From assembly GCA_002269645.1 (NCBI GenBank), contig NIVC01000073.1, positions 124,001 through 188,000 on the forward strand: a DNA stretch of 64,000 bases, read 5' to 3'. Each line of letters starts with the position of its first letter. The stretch's first letter is position 1. Below are positions 1 through 10,289 of this stretch, in pieces. The translations under genes were made by a program, and so were the position numbers. This DNA is from Macrostomum lignano (Eukaryota). The notes under the pieces were generated by a model, which saw only the letters and a list, made by a program, of their open reading frames with translations, ran no database searches and had not been told where the DNA came from.

Positions 1-350
1 CATTCAATTCCATTCTATTCCATTCTATCCTATTCTATCCCATTCTATTCCATTCTATCCTATTCTATCCCATTCTATCCTATTCTATCCTATTCTATCC
101 TATTCTATCCTATTCTATCCTATTCAATTCTATTCTATCCCATTCTATCCTATTCTATCCTATTCTATCCTATTCTATCCTATTCTATCCTATTTTTTCC
201 TATTTTTTCCTATTCTGTCCTATTCCATTCTATCATATTCTATCCTTCTATCTTATTGTATCCTATTCTAGTCTATTATATTATATTCTGTTCTATAATA
301 TCCCATTATATCCTATTCAACTTTATTACACCCCATCGTATTTTATCCCA
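1..350. repeat. (TATTC/TATCC)n pentamer/decamer microsatellite, intronic
   Basis: Tandem tattctatcc units that decay after about 250; lies upstream of the acceptor at 367-368. Confidence 0.9.
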
Positions 351-368
351 TATCCAATAAATATTCAG

Positions 369-625
369 CGGACACCGCAGATCCAAGCGTGATGAAGCTG
401 CGCCAGCTTCGTGAAATCAGAGCAGACAATCAGGATGAAGCTGAGCAGCAGAAGCAGCAGCAGCAACCGACTCAACCGAAGCGCGAGTCTCTAACCAAGG
501 CCGAACTGGAGTCCCTGATTGAACTCAGCCGGCCAGGCATTGTGGCCAACTGGGATGAGATTAAGCTAAGATTGCGCCGCCTCGATCCTCAAGGCACTTC
601 GTGCATCTACCGAGTTGAGTTTGCG
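369..625 (+). CDS. EF-hand calcium-binding protein (EFCAB6-like), first exon in window (gene is 5' partial)
   Basis: Acceptor ttcag at 364-368 and donor GTAAGT at 626. Encodes ...WDEIKLRLRRLDPQGTSCIYRVEFA, the start of an EF-hand. The acceptor could instead be ccgcag at 380. Confidence 0.75.
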
Positions 626-644
626 GTAAGTTAATACAACAGTA

Positions 645-715
645 GTGCTCAGACGTCTGCAGAATCGAACCCGAGACCTCCCATTGTGAGAATTGAACTT
701 TTGCATCCATTAACT
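645..715 (-). mobile_element. Degenerate tRNA-derived SINE head in an intron
   Basis: Minus strand reads ...ttctcacaatgggaggtctcGGGTTCGATTCtg, a Pol III B-box after a tRNA-like arm. Confidence 0.45.
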
Positions 716-741
716 CTCTTGAGCACATAAAAATATTCCAG

Positions 742-827
742 GAACTGGCTCGCGAATATCAACTGCCCCTGGATCCTGCGCAACTCGAAAATCTGTCCAG
801 GGCGTTTGAGAAACGTGGAAATGGAAG
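742..827 (+). CDS. EFCAB6-like EF-hand protein, exon
   Basis: ttccag|GAACTG...GGAAG|gtatga; ELAREYQLPLDPAQLENLSRAFEKRGNG; continues in phase 0 from the previous exon. Not in the ORF track. Confidence 0.8.
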
Positions 828-904
828 GTATGACTGATTCGATGGAATTTCCCCATAGTCTTTTGGACTTTTCGCCGCTTAAAGCAATTTCTTCAATTTC
901 TTAA

Positions 905-1684
905 AACGGGATTTCCCAGTCTGTCCAGCCAGGATCCTCCAGTCTTTTCAGGCGGGATTCCCCAGTCTTTTCAGGCGAGATTCCCCAGTCTATCTAGCTG
1001 TGATTCCCCAGTCCATCAAGCCCAGCAGGGATTCCCCAGTCTATCCAGCCCAGCCGGGATTCCCCAGTCTATCCAGCCCAGCAGGGATTCCCCAGTCTAT
1101 CCAGCCCAGCAGGGATTCCCCAGTCTTTTCCGCCAGGATTCTTCCAGTTTGTCCAGCCGGGATTCCACAGTTTATCCAGCCCAACCGGGATTCCAGTTGG
1201 GAATCTAGCCGGGATTCCCAAGTCTATCCTGCCGGGATTCTCCTAGTCTATCCAGCCGGGATTCTCCCAGTCTATCCAGCCGGGATTATCCAGTCTATCA
1301 GCCGAGATTCCCCAGTCTTTTCCGCCAGGATTCTTCCAGTTTGTCCAGCCGGGATTCCCAAGTCTATCCTGCCGGGATTCTCCCAGTCTATCTAGCCGGG
1401 ATTACCCAGTCTATCCAGCCGGGATTACCCAGCCTATCCAGCCGGGATTCTCCCAGTCTATCTAGCCGGGATTACCCAGTCCATCCAGCCGGGATTACCC
1501 AGTCTATCCAGCCGGAATTCCCCAGTTGGGAATCCAGCCGGAATTCACCAGTTGGGAATCCAGCCGGGATTACCCAGTCTATCCAGCCGGGATTACCCAG
1601 TTTATCCAGCCGGGATCCCCCAGTCTATCCAGCCCAGCCGGGATTTTCTATTCTATCCAGCCGGGGTTCCCCAGTCTTTTCAGG
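905..1684. repeat. Degenerate ~23-bp minisatellite (attacccagtctatccagccggg), intronic
   Basis: Tandem variants fill most of intron 828-1814; the source of ORFs 1000, 1341 and part of 1552. Confidence 0.9.
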
Positions 1685-1814
1685 AAAAATCTTTTTTAAC
1701 TTCAAATCCAAAGTCTCCATATTTAAATCTTCCACTGGTGTATTCGGCTGTTTTAATTTACAAGCATAGCTACTGGATAAAAAGGTTGCTAAATTTAAGT
1801 TTAATTGTTTCCAG

Positions 1815-1908
1815 ATTTAACTACATGGCCTTTTTAAAACGATTTGTAAGCCAGTCGGCCAAGCCGCTAAGCAAGACTGCCGAATTGGCACGAACTGTAA
1901 CGGATAAG
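1815..1908 (+). CDS. EFCAB6-like EF-hand protein, exon
   Basis: tttccag|ATTTAAC...GATAAG|gtcagt; the phase-2 junction gives R-FNYMAFLKRF, which completes an EF-hand. Confidence 0.8.
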
Positions 1909-1997
1909 GTCAGTGACGATCTGAGAGATTATTTAAGCGATCATAATTTTGGTCGGCGCGTGATTCTAATTTGTTTTATTATCGTTATTAATTTCAG

Positions 1998-2051
1998 AAA
2001 CAGGGCGCCAGAATTCAAATTTCCGAGATAATGGATCGCATTCGAGAGAAG
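1998..2051 (+). CDS. EFCAB6-like EF-hand protein, exon
   Basis: atttcag|AAACAG...GAGAAG|gttcga; KQGARIQISEIMDRIREK, 54 nt, phase 0/0; the donor is weak. Confidence 0.65.
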
Positions 2052-2136
2052 GTTCGATTTGGGACTATGATGCAATTAGAAGTTTGCAGGGAATTAGTTG
2101 TTCACGCCCGTCAGGGCCAACCCCTAATTTACAAAT

Positions 2137-2448
2137 TAATAATAGTTGATTACACCTGCCTTAATGGCCAGATGTGCAACCGACAGCTCAGCCGCAGCTA
2201 TTGCGCGGCGCATCTGAAGGCTGCGTACGGCTGTTCAGTCCAAGGACTGGGGGGGGGGGGGGGGTCGCCACACACCCTCAATTACCCCAGTCAATTTTGG
2301 GCACCCATTTTACAGCTGGGTGAACTGAAGCAATGCACAGTTAAGTGTCCTGGCTCAATGGCATCATCTGTTCCTAGTGGGTCGAGAATCGAACCCCCGA
2401 CCTTCAAGTCATATAGTCCAACGCTTTAACCACTAGACTGCAACCCCC
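2137..2448 (-). mobile_element. tRNA-derived CORE-like SINE, copy 1 (intronic)
   Basis: Minus strand: A-box TAGTGGTTAAAGC, B-box GGTTCGATTCTC, central ttgagccaggacacttaac...gcttcagttcacccagctgtaaaatggg, and an (ATT)n tail. The 3' body is nearly identical to 61140-61265. Confidence 0.85.
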
Positions 2449-2513
2449 ACTTTATAAGCACCCACGAAGTCTTGAGTTCTTTGGCTAGATTTTGTTTCCT
2501 CATCTCTTTCCAG

Positions 2514-2741
2514 CTGCTCTTCGAGTGGAAAAGTCTCCTGTTGGCCTTTCGGAAATACGATGTTGAAAAGGTCGGTCGCCTGTCGGTTCACGAGCTGCGC
2601 AAAATTGTCGGCCGTTGCGGCTACCGACTGTCCGAGGACGACCTGTTCCTGCTGCTGTCCGAGTTTGACATGGACTTTGACGGTATGATCAACTATCAGG
2701 AGTTCGTCATGCAGCTTCTGGACGTCGCTGAGGCCGCTTGA
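2514..2741 (+). CDS. EFCAB6-like EF-hand protein, terminal exon (EF-hand pair)
   Basis: ctctttccag|CTG; LLFEWKSLLLAFRKYDVEKVGRLSVHEL...EFDMDFDGMINYQEF, two EF-hand loops, then TGA. Resembles the EFCAB6 C-terminus from recall. Confidence 0.85.
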   Translation: MLFEWKSLLLAFRKYDVEKVGRLSVHELRKIVGRCGYRLSEDDLFLLLSEFDMDFDGMINYQEFVMQLLDVAEAA

Positions 2742-4475
2742 AATTCGTTGAGAAAGTGGACAACTAAAACTAATCGGGACCAAGGGCTACTGAAAACTAC
2801 GGACCATTTGTTCATAAGAAAATACAAGTAGCAGAGGTACTAAGAAGAATCGGGTAAAAAAAGTTACAATAAGAGCTGACCTTGAAAAACTATACTTTTA
2901 CGTGTCATATGTACTGTAGCCGTCAAGGTCAAAATCAAATGGAAAACTACCCACATTATTAAATCAGATGAGTATCCCGATTTAATTTCTTTTTAAACTT
3001 GCATCATGTTAACGAATTATTTTTTTGTGTACAAGTGTTTTTCAGCTAACTAAAAGCTAATACAAGATATTACGAGCTAATTATTTGTTATTTTTCTATG
3101 CCTTCCACTGGAACTGTTATTCTCGAATTTCTGAATATTTCTCTATTTCAATCTTTCTTCTTAAAAAGAAACATTTTTTACTATCGAATTCCATATCGCC
3201 ACAAGAGATTTGGATCGAGCGAACTTTTTATGTATATTTTTTTATATTTTTTATCTAAATTTATACATTTATCAGCTGAATCTTAAATCAGTAACTGCTG
3301 AATACTTACTCGTCATTTTTGTAGCTAAACCCTATTAGCCTGTAGAGAACCAGAAACAGCTACTATAATCTATTTTTTACCTCTGCTTCAATATCAGAAA
3401 TGTAAATTAAATGTCGAAAGTTCAACTAGCATCGGTGAATTATCAATATATATTTCTAACTAGCAAAGGGAATGAAAGAAGAGAATTATTAATTTTTAAC
3501 TAAAGACTTTAAAAGAAAAAAGACTTCATTTTTATTTTTTCAAGTGGAATCTTTCAAACCGTTTACAAACCCATTTCTATTTCTGATTGGCTGGTGTTGT
3601 TTTTGACTCGAGCTCCGATTGTTTGCTAGTAGAAAGTTGCAAATTGACTTTGCTCGCGATTGGCTATATATTTATGCTGGCGTACAGCACTTTAACAAGT
3701 TAGATAGCCGTTGAAAAAAACCAACCCCCAAGCACTGGTGTGCTCCCGCCATAACAGCTGGCACAAATGGACAAATTCCTATTTTATTCCCTGACCAAAT
3801 CTGAGTACAAGGGTTTAATAAAAATTAAATCATTTTAAACAAATTTAGAAATTAACTGAATCGCGCGTAGACAACAAAAATTAAAACATAACACTGACTA
3901 AAGTAGAACTCGACGACTGAAGCAAATAATAGACTTGAACGTGTGAAACATACAGGGCTGGGGCATAAAATAATTTTTTACACGCCTCTGGCAAGATTTT
4001 AGCCTCAGAATATCCAGATTAAGGTTTTTGTCTATAGCTAGCGCTGACAAAAATTCAAATTTAGCTATAGACCCTTGAAGCCTAAAACTATCAGAATCCG
4101 TTCCTGTTGGCGTAATCAACAGGGCTGGCCATAGACTATCGCGGGCCACTTTAACAATTTCTACTATGCAAAGCCTTTACCAGCTTTGCATAGTCTAAAA
4201 CTCAAAAGCCAACTGAAAATGGGGCAATTTTTCATAGTACGAAGTCTTTGTTGCACATTATACATTATACATATTACATGTACATTTTCACACAAGAGTA
4301 GATACGTACGCATGCAGTCATACGCACAGGCACACACTCACACAGGAGTGTACAGCAGCCCTAACTTTATTTATCGATAGGCATGTACACTTCACTGTGC
4401 CTTGGGGGTTGGCCCTCAAGGCCGTTAATTGCACGAGCAGAGCCAAGCCGAAATTTCAATTTAGCCTTAAATTAT

Positions 4476-4543
4476 GTGACTGCACTTGGAATCGAGCCTG
4501 GACCGCTGGCACATGAGAACGCCGCGCTAGACCACTAGGATAC
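4476..4543 (-). mobile_element. tRNA-Glu-like SINE head
   Basis: Minus strand: cctagtggtctagcgcggcgttCTCatgtgccagcggtccaGGCTCGATTCCaag; A-box, CTC anticodon-like loop and B-box; no intact acceptor stem. Confidence 0.6.
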
Positions 4544-4584
4544 AATCATAAATACCTTTCTTTACTACTGATATTCAACATTAC

Positions 4585-4628
4585 AAATGACAACGCGTTT
4601 CGGCTGAATCAGACCTCGTTAGGTCAGG
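4585..4628 (-). ncRNA. Penelope-type minimal hammerhead-ribozyme-like motif (G5A variant)
   Basis: Minus strand: CTAACGA-GGTCTGATTCAGCC-GAAA-C-GCGTT-GTC. Stem II, GAAA, a short stem III and a GUC triplet are present; the core differs from CUGANGA at G5; no clear stem I. Confidence 0.5.
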
Positions 4629-4902
4629 CATTAACTTTACTGTGTACGAGTACTTTGATTCGTAAAGTTCTCTATCAAGGTCTTCTAAATGGGTTGTACT
4701 TGTTGGTGTCAATTTACCTGCCATTGCTTTCGCAAGTCTATTGTCAAATAAATCTATTGTTTCTCTTTTGCTTCGTAACTCGGTACATGGCAGTAACTCC
4801 TACACAAATATTATTTGTAGCCAAAGCATTTATCCAAGAATAGTTTGATGGCTTAATCAGTAGTACGTTTTCAATCAATCTTCTTCTCCACGTTGTCTAG
4901 AT

Positions 4903-5202
4903 TCAGTCGCCACCGCCAGCATTTGTCGTCGTTGAATTTTTAAACTTCGGCGTCCAAATCAACCCGTAGTACACCGCCAGCAGAGCCGAGGCGGCGGTGA
5001 TTGCGGCCACGTACGCAGCGGCTGTCAGGCAACGCGCGGCAAATCGATTTGCTGAGCCACCGACGCGAGCGCCACCGCCACCGCCGCCGCCGGTCATGCT
5101 GCCATCGATGATGGTGCGCAGATGCTGGCTGACGATGCCGCTTACGGTACTGTCGCTCCGGTTGCGCTGCTGTCCATAGCTGACGCGACTGCTACTGTCC
5201 AT
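4903..5202 (-). CDS. InaF-motif small single-pass membrane protein (99 aa)
   Basis: MDSSSRVSYG...RFAARCLTAAAYVAAITAASALLAVYYGLIWTP matches the InaF motif (RxxTVxAYxxxVSxAAxxLAxYYxxIWxP). An acceptor ttttag lies 10 nt upstream of the ATG. Confidence 0.8.
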   Translation of the reverse strand: MDSSSRVSYGQQRNRSDSTVSGIVSQHLRTIIDGSMTGGGGGGGARVGGSANRFAARCLTAAAYVAAITAASALLAVYYGLIWTPKFKNSTTTNAGGGD

Positions 5203-5297
5203 CGGCCTGCTTCTAAAAATTGTTACAAGCGATTTTCTTATACGTCGTAGAAGTTGCATTCGTGTCACAATAAACATTGTTTGTACCAATTGACACG

Positions 5298-8027
5298 ATG
5301 GGCACATTGGTAAGTTACAGACACAGCAGTTGAACCATGGGCACATTGGTGAGTTACAGACACAAAGGTTGAACCATGGGCACATTGGTGAGTTACAGAC
5401 ACAAAGGTTGAACCATGGGCACATTGGTGAGTTACAGACACAAAGGTTGAACCATGGACACATTGGTGAGTTACAGACACAAAGGTTGAACCATGGGCAC
5501 ATTGGTGAGTTACAGACACAAAGGTTGAACCATGGGAACATTGGTGAGTTACAGACACAAAGGTTGAACCATGGGCACATTGGTGAGTTACAGACACAAA
5601 GGTTGAACCATGGGAACATTGGTGAGTTACAGACACAAAGGTTGAACCATGGACACATTGGTGAGTTACAGACACAAAGGTTGAACCATGGGCACATTGG
5701 TGAGTTACAGACACAAAGGTTGAACCATGGGCACATTGGTGAGTTACAGACACAAAGGTTGAACCATGGGCACATTGGTGAGTTACAGACACAAAGGTTG
5801 AACCATGGACACATTGGTGAGTTACAGACACAAAGGTTGAACCATGGGCACATTGGTGAGTTACAGACACAAAGGTTGAACCATGGACACATTGGTGAGT
5901 TACAGACACAAAGGTTGAACCATGGGCACATTGGTGAGTTACAGACACAAAGGTTGAACCATGGGCACATTGGTGAGTTACAGACACAAAGGTTGAACCA
6001 TGGACACATTGGTGAGTTACAGACACAAAGGTTGAACCATGGGCACATTGGTGAGTTACAGACACAAAGGTTGAACCATGGGCACATTGGTGAGTTACAG
6101 ACACAAAGGTTGAACCATGGGCACATTGGTGAGTTACAGACACAAAGGTTGAACCATGGACACATTGGTGAGTTACAGACACAAAGGTTGAACCATGGGC
6201 ACATTGGTGAGTTACAGACACAAAGTTTGAACCATGGGCACATTGGTGAGTTACAGACACAAAGGTTGAACCATGGGCACATTGGTGAGTTACAGACACA
6301 AAGGTTGAACCATGGACACATTGGTGAGTTACAGACACAAAGGTTGAACCATGGGCACATTGGTAAGTTACAGACACAAAGGTTGAACCATGGACACATT
6401 GGTGAGTTACAGACACAAAGGTTGAACCATGGACACATTGGTGAGTTACAGACACAAAGGTTGAACCATGGACACATTGGTGAGTTACAGACACAAAGGT
6501 TGAACCATGGACACATTGGTGAGTTACAGACACAAAGGTTGAACCATGGGCACATTGGTGAGTTACAGACACAAAGGTTGAACCATGGGCACATTGGTGA
6601 GTTACAGACACAGCGGTTGAACCATGGACACATTGGTGAGTTACAGACACAAAGGTTGAACCATGGGCACATTGGTGAGTTACAGACACAAAGGTTGAAC
6701 CATGGACACATTGGTGAGTTACAGACACAAAGGTTGAACCATGGGCACATTGGTGAGTTACAGACACAAAGGTTGAACCATGGACACATTGGTGAGTTAC
6801 AGACACAAAGGTTGAACCATGGGCACATTGGTGAGTTACAGACACAAAGGTTGAACCATGGGCACATTGGTGAGTTACAGACACAAAGGTTGAACCATGG
6901 GCACATTGGTGAGTTACAGACACAAAGGTTGAACCATGGACACATTGGTGAGTTACAGACACAAAGGTTGAACCATGGGCACATTGGTGAGTTACAGACA
7001 CAAATGTTGAACCATGGGAACATTGGTGAGTTACAGACACAAAGGTTGAACCATGGGCACATTGGTGAGTTACAGACACAAAGGTTGAACCATGGACACA
7101 TTGGTGAGTTACAGACACAAAGGTTGAACCATGGGCACATTGGTGAGTTACAGACACAAAGGTTGAACCATGGACACATTGGTGAGTTACAGACACAAAG
7201 GTTGAACCATGGGCACATTGGTGAGTTACAGACACAAAGGTTGAACCATGGGCACATTGGTGAGTTACAGACACAAAGGTTGAACCATGGGCACATTGGT
7301 GAGTTACAGACACAAAGGTTGAACCATGGACACATTGGTGAGTTACAGACACAAAGGTTGAACCATGGGCACATTGGTAAGTTACAGACACAAAGGTTGA
7401 ACCATGGACACATTGGTGAGTTACAGACACAAAGGTTGAACCATGGGCACATTGGTGAGTTACAGACACAAAGGTTGAACCATGGACACATTGGTGAGTT
7501 ACAGACACAAAGGTTGAACCATGGGCACATTGGTGAGTTACAGACACAAAGGTTGAACCATGGGCACATTGGTGAGTTACAGACACAAAGGTTGAACCAT
7601 GGACACATTGGTGAGTTACAGACACAAAGGTTGAACCATGGACACATTGGTGAGTTACAGACACAAAGGTTGAACCATGGGCACATTGGTGAGTTACAGA
7701 CACAAAGGTTGAACCATGGACACATTGGTGAGTTACAGACACAAAGGTTGAACCATGGACACATTGGTGAGTTACAGACACAAAGGTTGAACCATGGGCA
7801 CATTGGTGAGTTACAGACACAAAGGTTGAACCATGGGCACATTGGTGAGTTACAGACACAAAGGTTGAACCATGGGCACATTGGTGAGTTACAGACACAA
7901 AGGTTGAACCATGGACACATTGGTGAGTTACAGACACAAAGGTTGAACCATGGACACATTGGTGAGTTACAGACAAACAGTGGTTGAAATAATATGCACA
8001 TTCGTGACTTGAGTTACAGACACAGCG
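5298..8027. repeat. 39-bp minisatellite, about 69 highly homogeneous copies
   Basis: Unit gttgaaccatgggcacattggtgagttacagacacaaag; 13-aa periodicity in three ORFs. Confidence 0.97.
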
Positions 8028-8589
8028 GACTTCCCGGAACTATGGATTTATAATGCAAGCATCATTTTTGAGTCTTGAATACAGTGCTCTTAAATAGACA
8101 GTAAACGAAGTGTAGTCACATCGTTGAATCGCAGCGATAAGAGTGATGATAACCATGGACAGATACTGATGCCCTATGAATCCGCAACAGTAATAAGCGT
8201 ATGCTTACCGAAAATTGTTCTTCAACTCAAGTTATGTCACAAATTCGTTTTTTGAAAATTCAGGGAAAACTGTATAAGAAACCTCCTGAGGATTACCGTG
8301 TATACGATCGCAGGTCAAACTCCGCCCGAGATTGAAGAGACACGCCCATAAAAGCAGACGGTTGGCTGGCTACTTTTTTTAAAGTCGGGGCCTTCATCTA
8401 TTCACATTCAACAACTCTGCCCCGCCCATCTGATCTAACTGAGCTATTTGAATGAACAGTCAGGCAGTCAGGCAGTCAGGTAGGCTTTGAACTCGAGAAA
8501 TTGAATATTCACATCAGAGTACAGTCAACCTGTACAAAAAGCTGTAAATTAGTGTATGCGGGCAAGCGCTCGCATTACACACACACTCC

Positions 8590-8596
8590 CCCTCTC

Positions 8597-8651
<55 letters not shown>
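8590..8651. repeat. (CT)n microsatellite (another at about 9958-10012)
   Basis: Direct inspection. Confidence 0.9.
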
Positions 8652-8776
8652 ATCGTCGAAGGGCACAGTCTTCCACAAAGCATAGTCCTTGAGGTGTGAA
8701 GTATTTCCAAGCTGGTCTTGTTCATTCATTGAGACAGGTTCTTCAGAAAGGTTAATCGCTGACTTCCCGTTGCAGG

Positions 8777-9275
8777 ATCGACTGCAACGCGATGAACGCC
8801 GTCTTACGCCGTGTTTTGCCGCCTGTGCGATCACACGGTCCGTGTCGGCGAGACCGTCAACAGCATCCATGGCCGCATGCTGGCGCACATCGGTGACATC
8901 CGACACGCCCGCGCCACTCCGGTGGCCCGCCACTTCACTAGCGATGGCCAGAGTCTGGCGGACTTCGCCTTCACCGGCGTGTGGACTCGGGACGGCTCGG
9001 GACCGAAGGCCAATGAACGGCGTCAGCGCCAAGAAGCCAAGCTGATCGATGTCCTGAGGACCCGTTTCCCACATGGCACCAACGAGCTGGCCGGCGTACT
9101 GCACAATCCGGCCATCCCGATTATTTTGCCCCATTGTGCGGCGTCCGACGCCCTGGTTGCCATGGTGAGGGACCGGCTGGTACGACACTGCGAGGCCCCA
9201 GTTCTGCCAGCCTATACCAAGTGCAGGAGCCTCCGGGAGCTGCTCTGCCACAGCCGGCTCGAACCTGCCATTTAA
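8777..9275 (+). pseudogene. GIY-YIG endonuclease relic of a Penelope-like retroelement (frameshifted, no RT)
   Basis: Removing one base at 8804 gives IDCNAMNAVYAVFCRLCDHTVRVGETVNSIHGRMLAH...PVARHF...RQEAKLIDVLRTRFPHGTNE. This fits the PLE GIY-YIG pattern (NVVYxxxCxxC...YVGET...R...H...VAxHF...E...PxGLN). Confidence 0.8.
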
Positions 9276-9852
9276 CAAATTCTGTTTTTGCCGCTGTACA
9301 CGGCACCCTTTCACATTAATGGCTTTTTTTGCTCCTCTGCCATTGCTTGTGCGTTCTTTCGATTCTGACGCCGGGGTGCAGTGCACCGGAGCACAAAATT
9401 TATTTCACAAAATTTATTTCTTATTATTTAACTTCTTTGTTTTATTGAATATTTCTGGTGTTGTTTTATCAGTATTTTGTTTATTATTATCAGGCATTTT
9501 AAGGTCCTTAAGGCCTTCTTGCATAGCTGTAGCCATTAGTTTAGTAATCTAGTTTTTATTTTTTTTCATCCATTCTATTTATTTTGATTTATTACTCATC
9601 ATTACTTAATCTATTTATTTTGCCAACTTTTATTTCTCTGCTCGGGGACTGTAGGACCTATGTACTATCGTTACTCTACTTTTAGCCACCATTCTGTTTC
9701 TTTAGAGTCTCTGACTCATCATATTGTACATGTACTCGCCTTGCGTAGGGTTTTATGCGCTTGCACTGTTTTATTCCTGCCTGTCTCTCTTTATCGATTT
9801 TTCCTTCTTGGCGTTATCGCAACGTGCACAAATAAACTTTAGTCTACTCGCC

Positions 9853-9895
9853 ATGACGAAGAATATACGAGTTCAGTATTCGAAATATCGACAAC
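9853..9895 (+). ncRNA. Degenerate hammerhead-like motif downstream of the GIY-YIG relic
   Basis: ATGACGA-AGAATATAC-gagttca-GTATTC-GAAA-TATCGACA; a stem II-like pairing followed by GAAA; C3 and U16.1 are not conserved. Confidence 0.3.
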
Positions 9896-10289
9896 AATAA
9901 CTCTATTGCTTCTCAGTCCTTTTTTTACCGTGTCAGCGCCCGAGACTGGAGGTGCCCTCCTCTCTCTCTCTCTCTCTCTCTCCCTCCCTCTCTCTCCCTC
10001 TCTCTCTCTCTTTAATAAACTGTTTATTAAATAAAGGCTCTCTAAAACCAACTCTGCATTTATAACTAAAAATGTCAGTGAGAGTCGAATTATTTACCAT
10101 GCAGTCGTGGTTAGAGCTTGCTTTGAGAAATTTAGAATTTTTTTCTCGAATCCGGAAGGAAGGCCCCTGTTGTTGCAGTTTCTTTTATCCCAAGAGAGAC
10201 CGGGGCGAATGGGAAATATATTGCGCGCATGGGATACTAGGCTTAAAAAGAGCTGGATTGGCAGTTTCCATTGGCAGAAATTTAAGGCT

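Noticed and set aside
4030-4072. 11-bp perfect inverted repeat (gtctatagcta/tagctatagac)
   Set aside because: Stem too short and loop too large for a pre-miRNA; no other support.
5265-7987. 885-903-aa periodic ORFs (NHGHIGELQTQRL; VSVTHQCAHGSTF)
   Set aside because: By-products of a stop-free 39-bp array that is open in several frames on both strands; variation among units does not favour synonymous sites.
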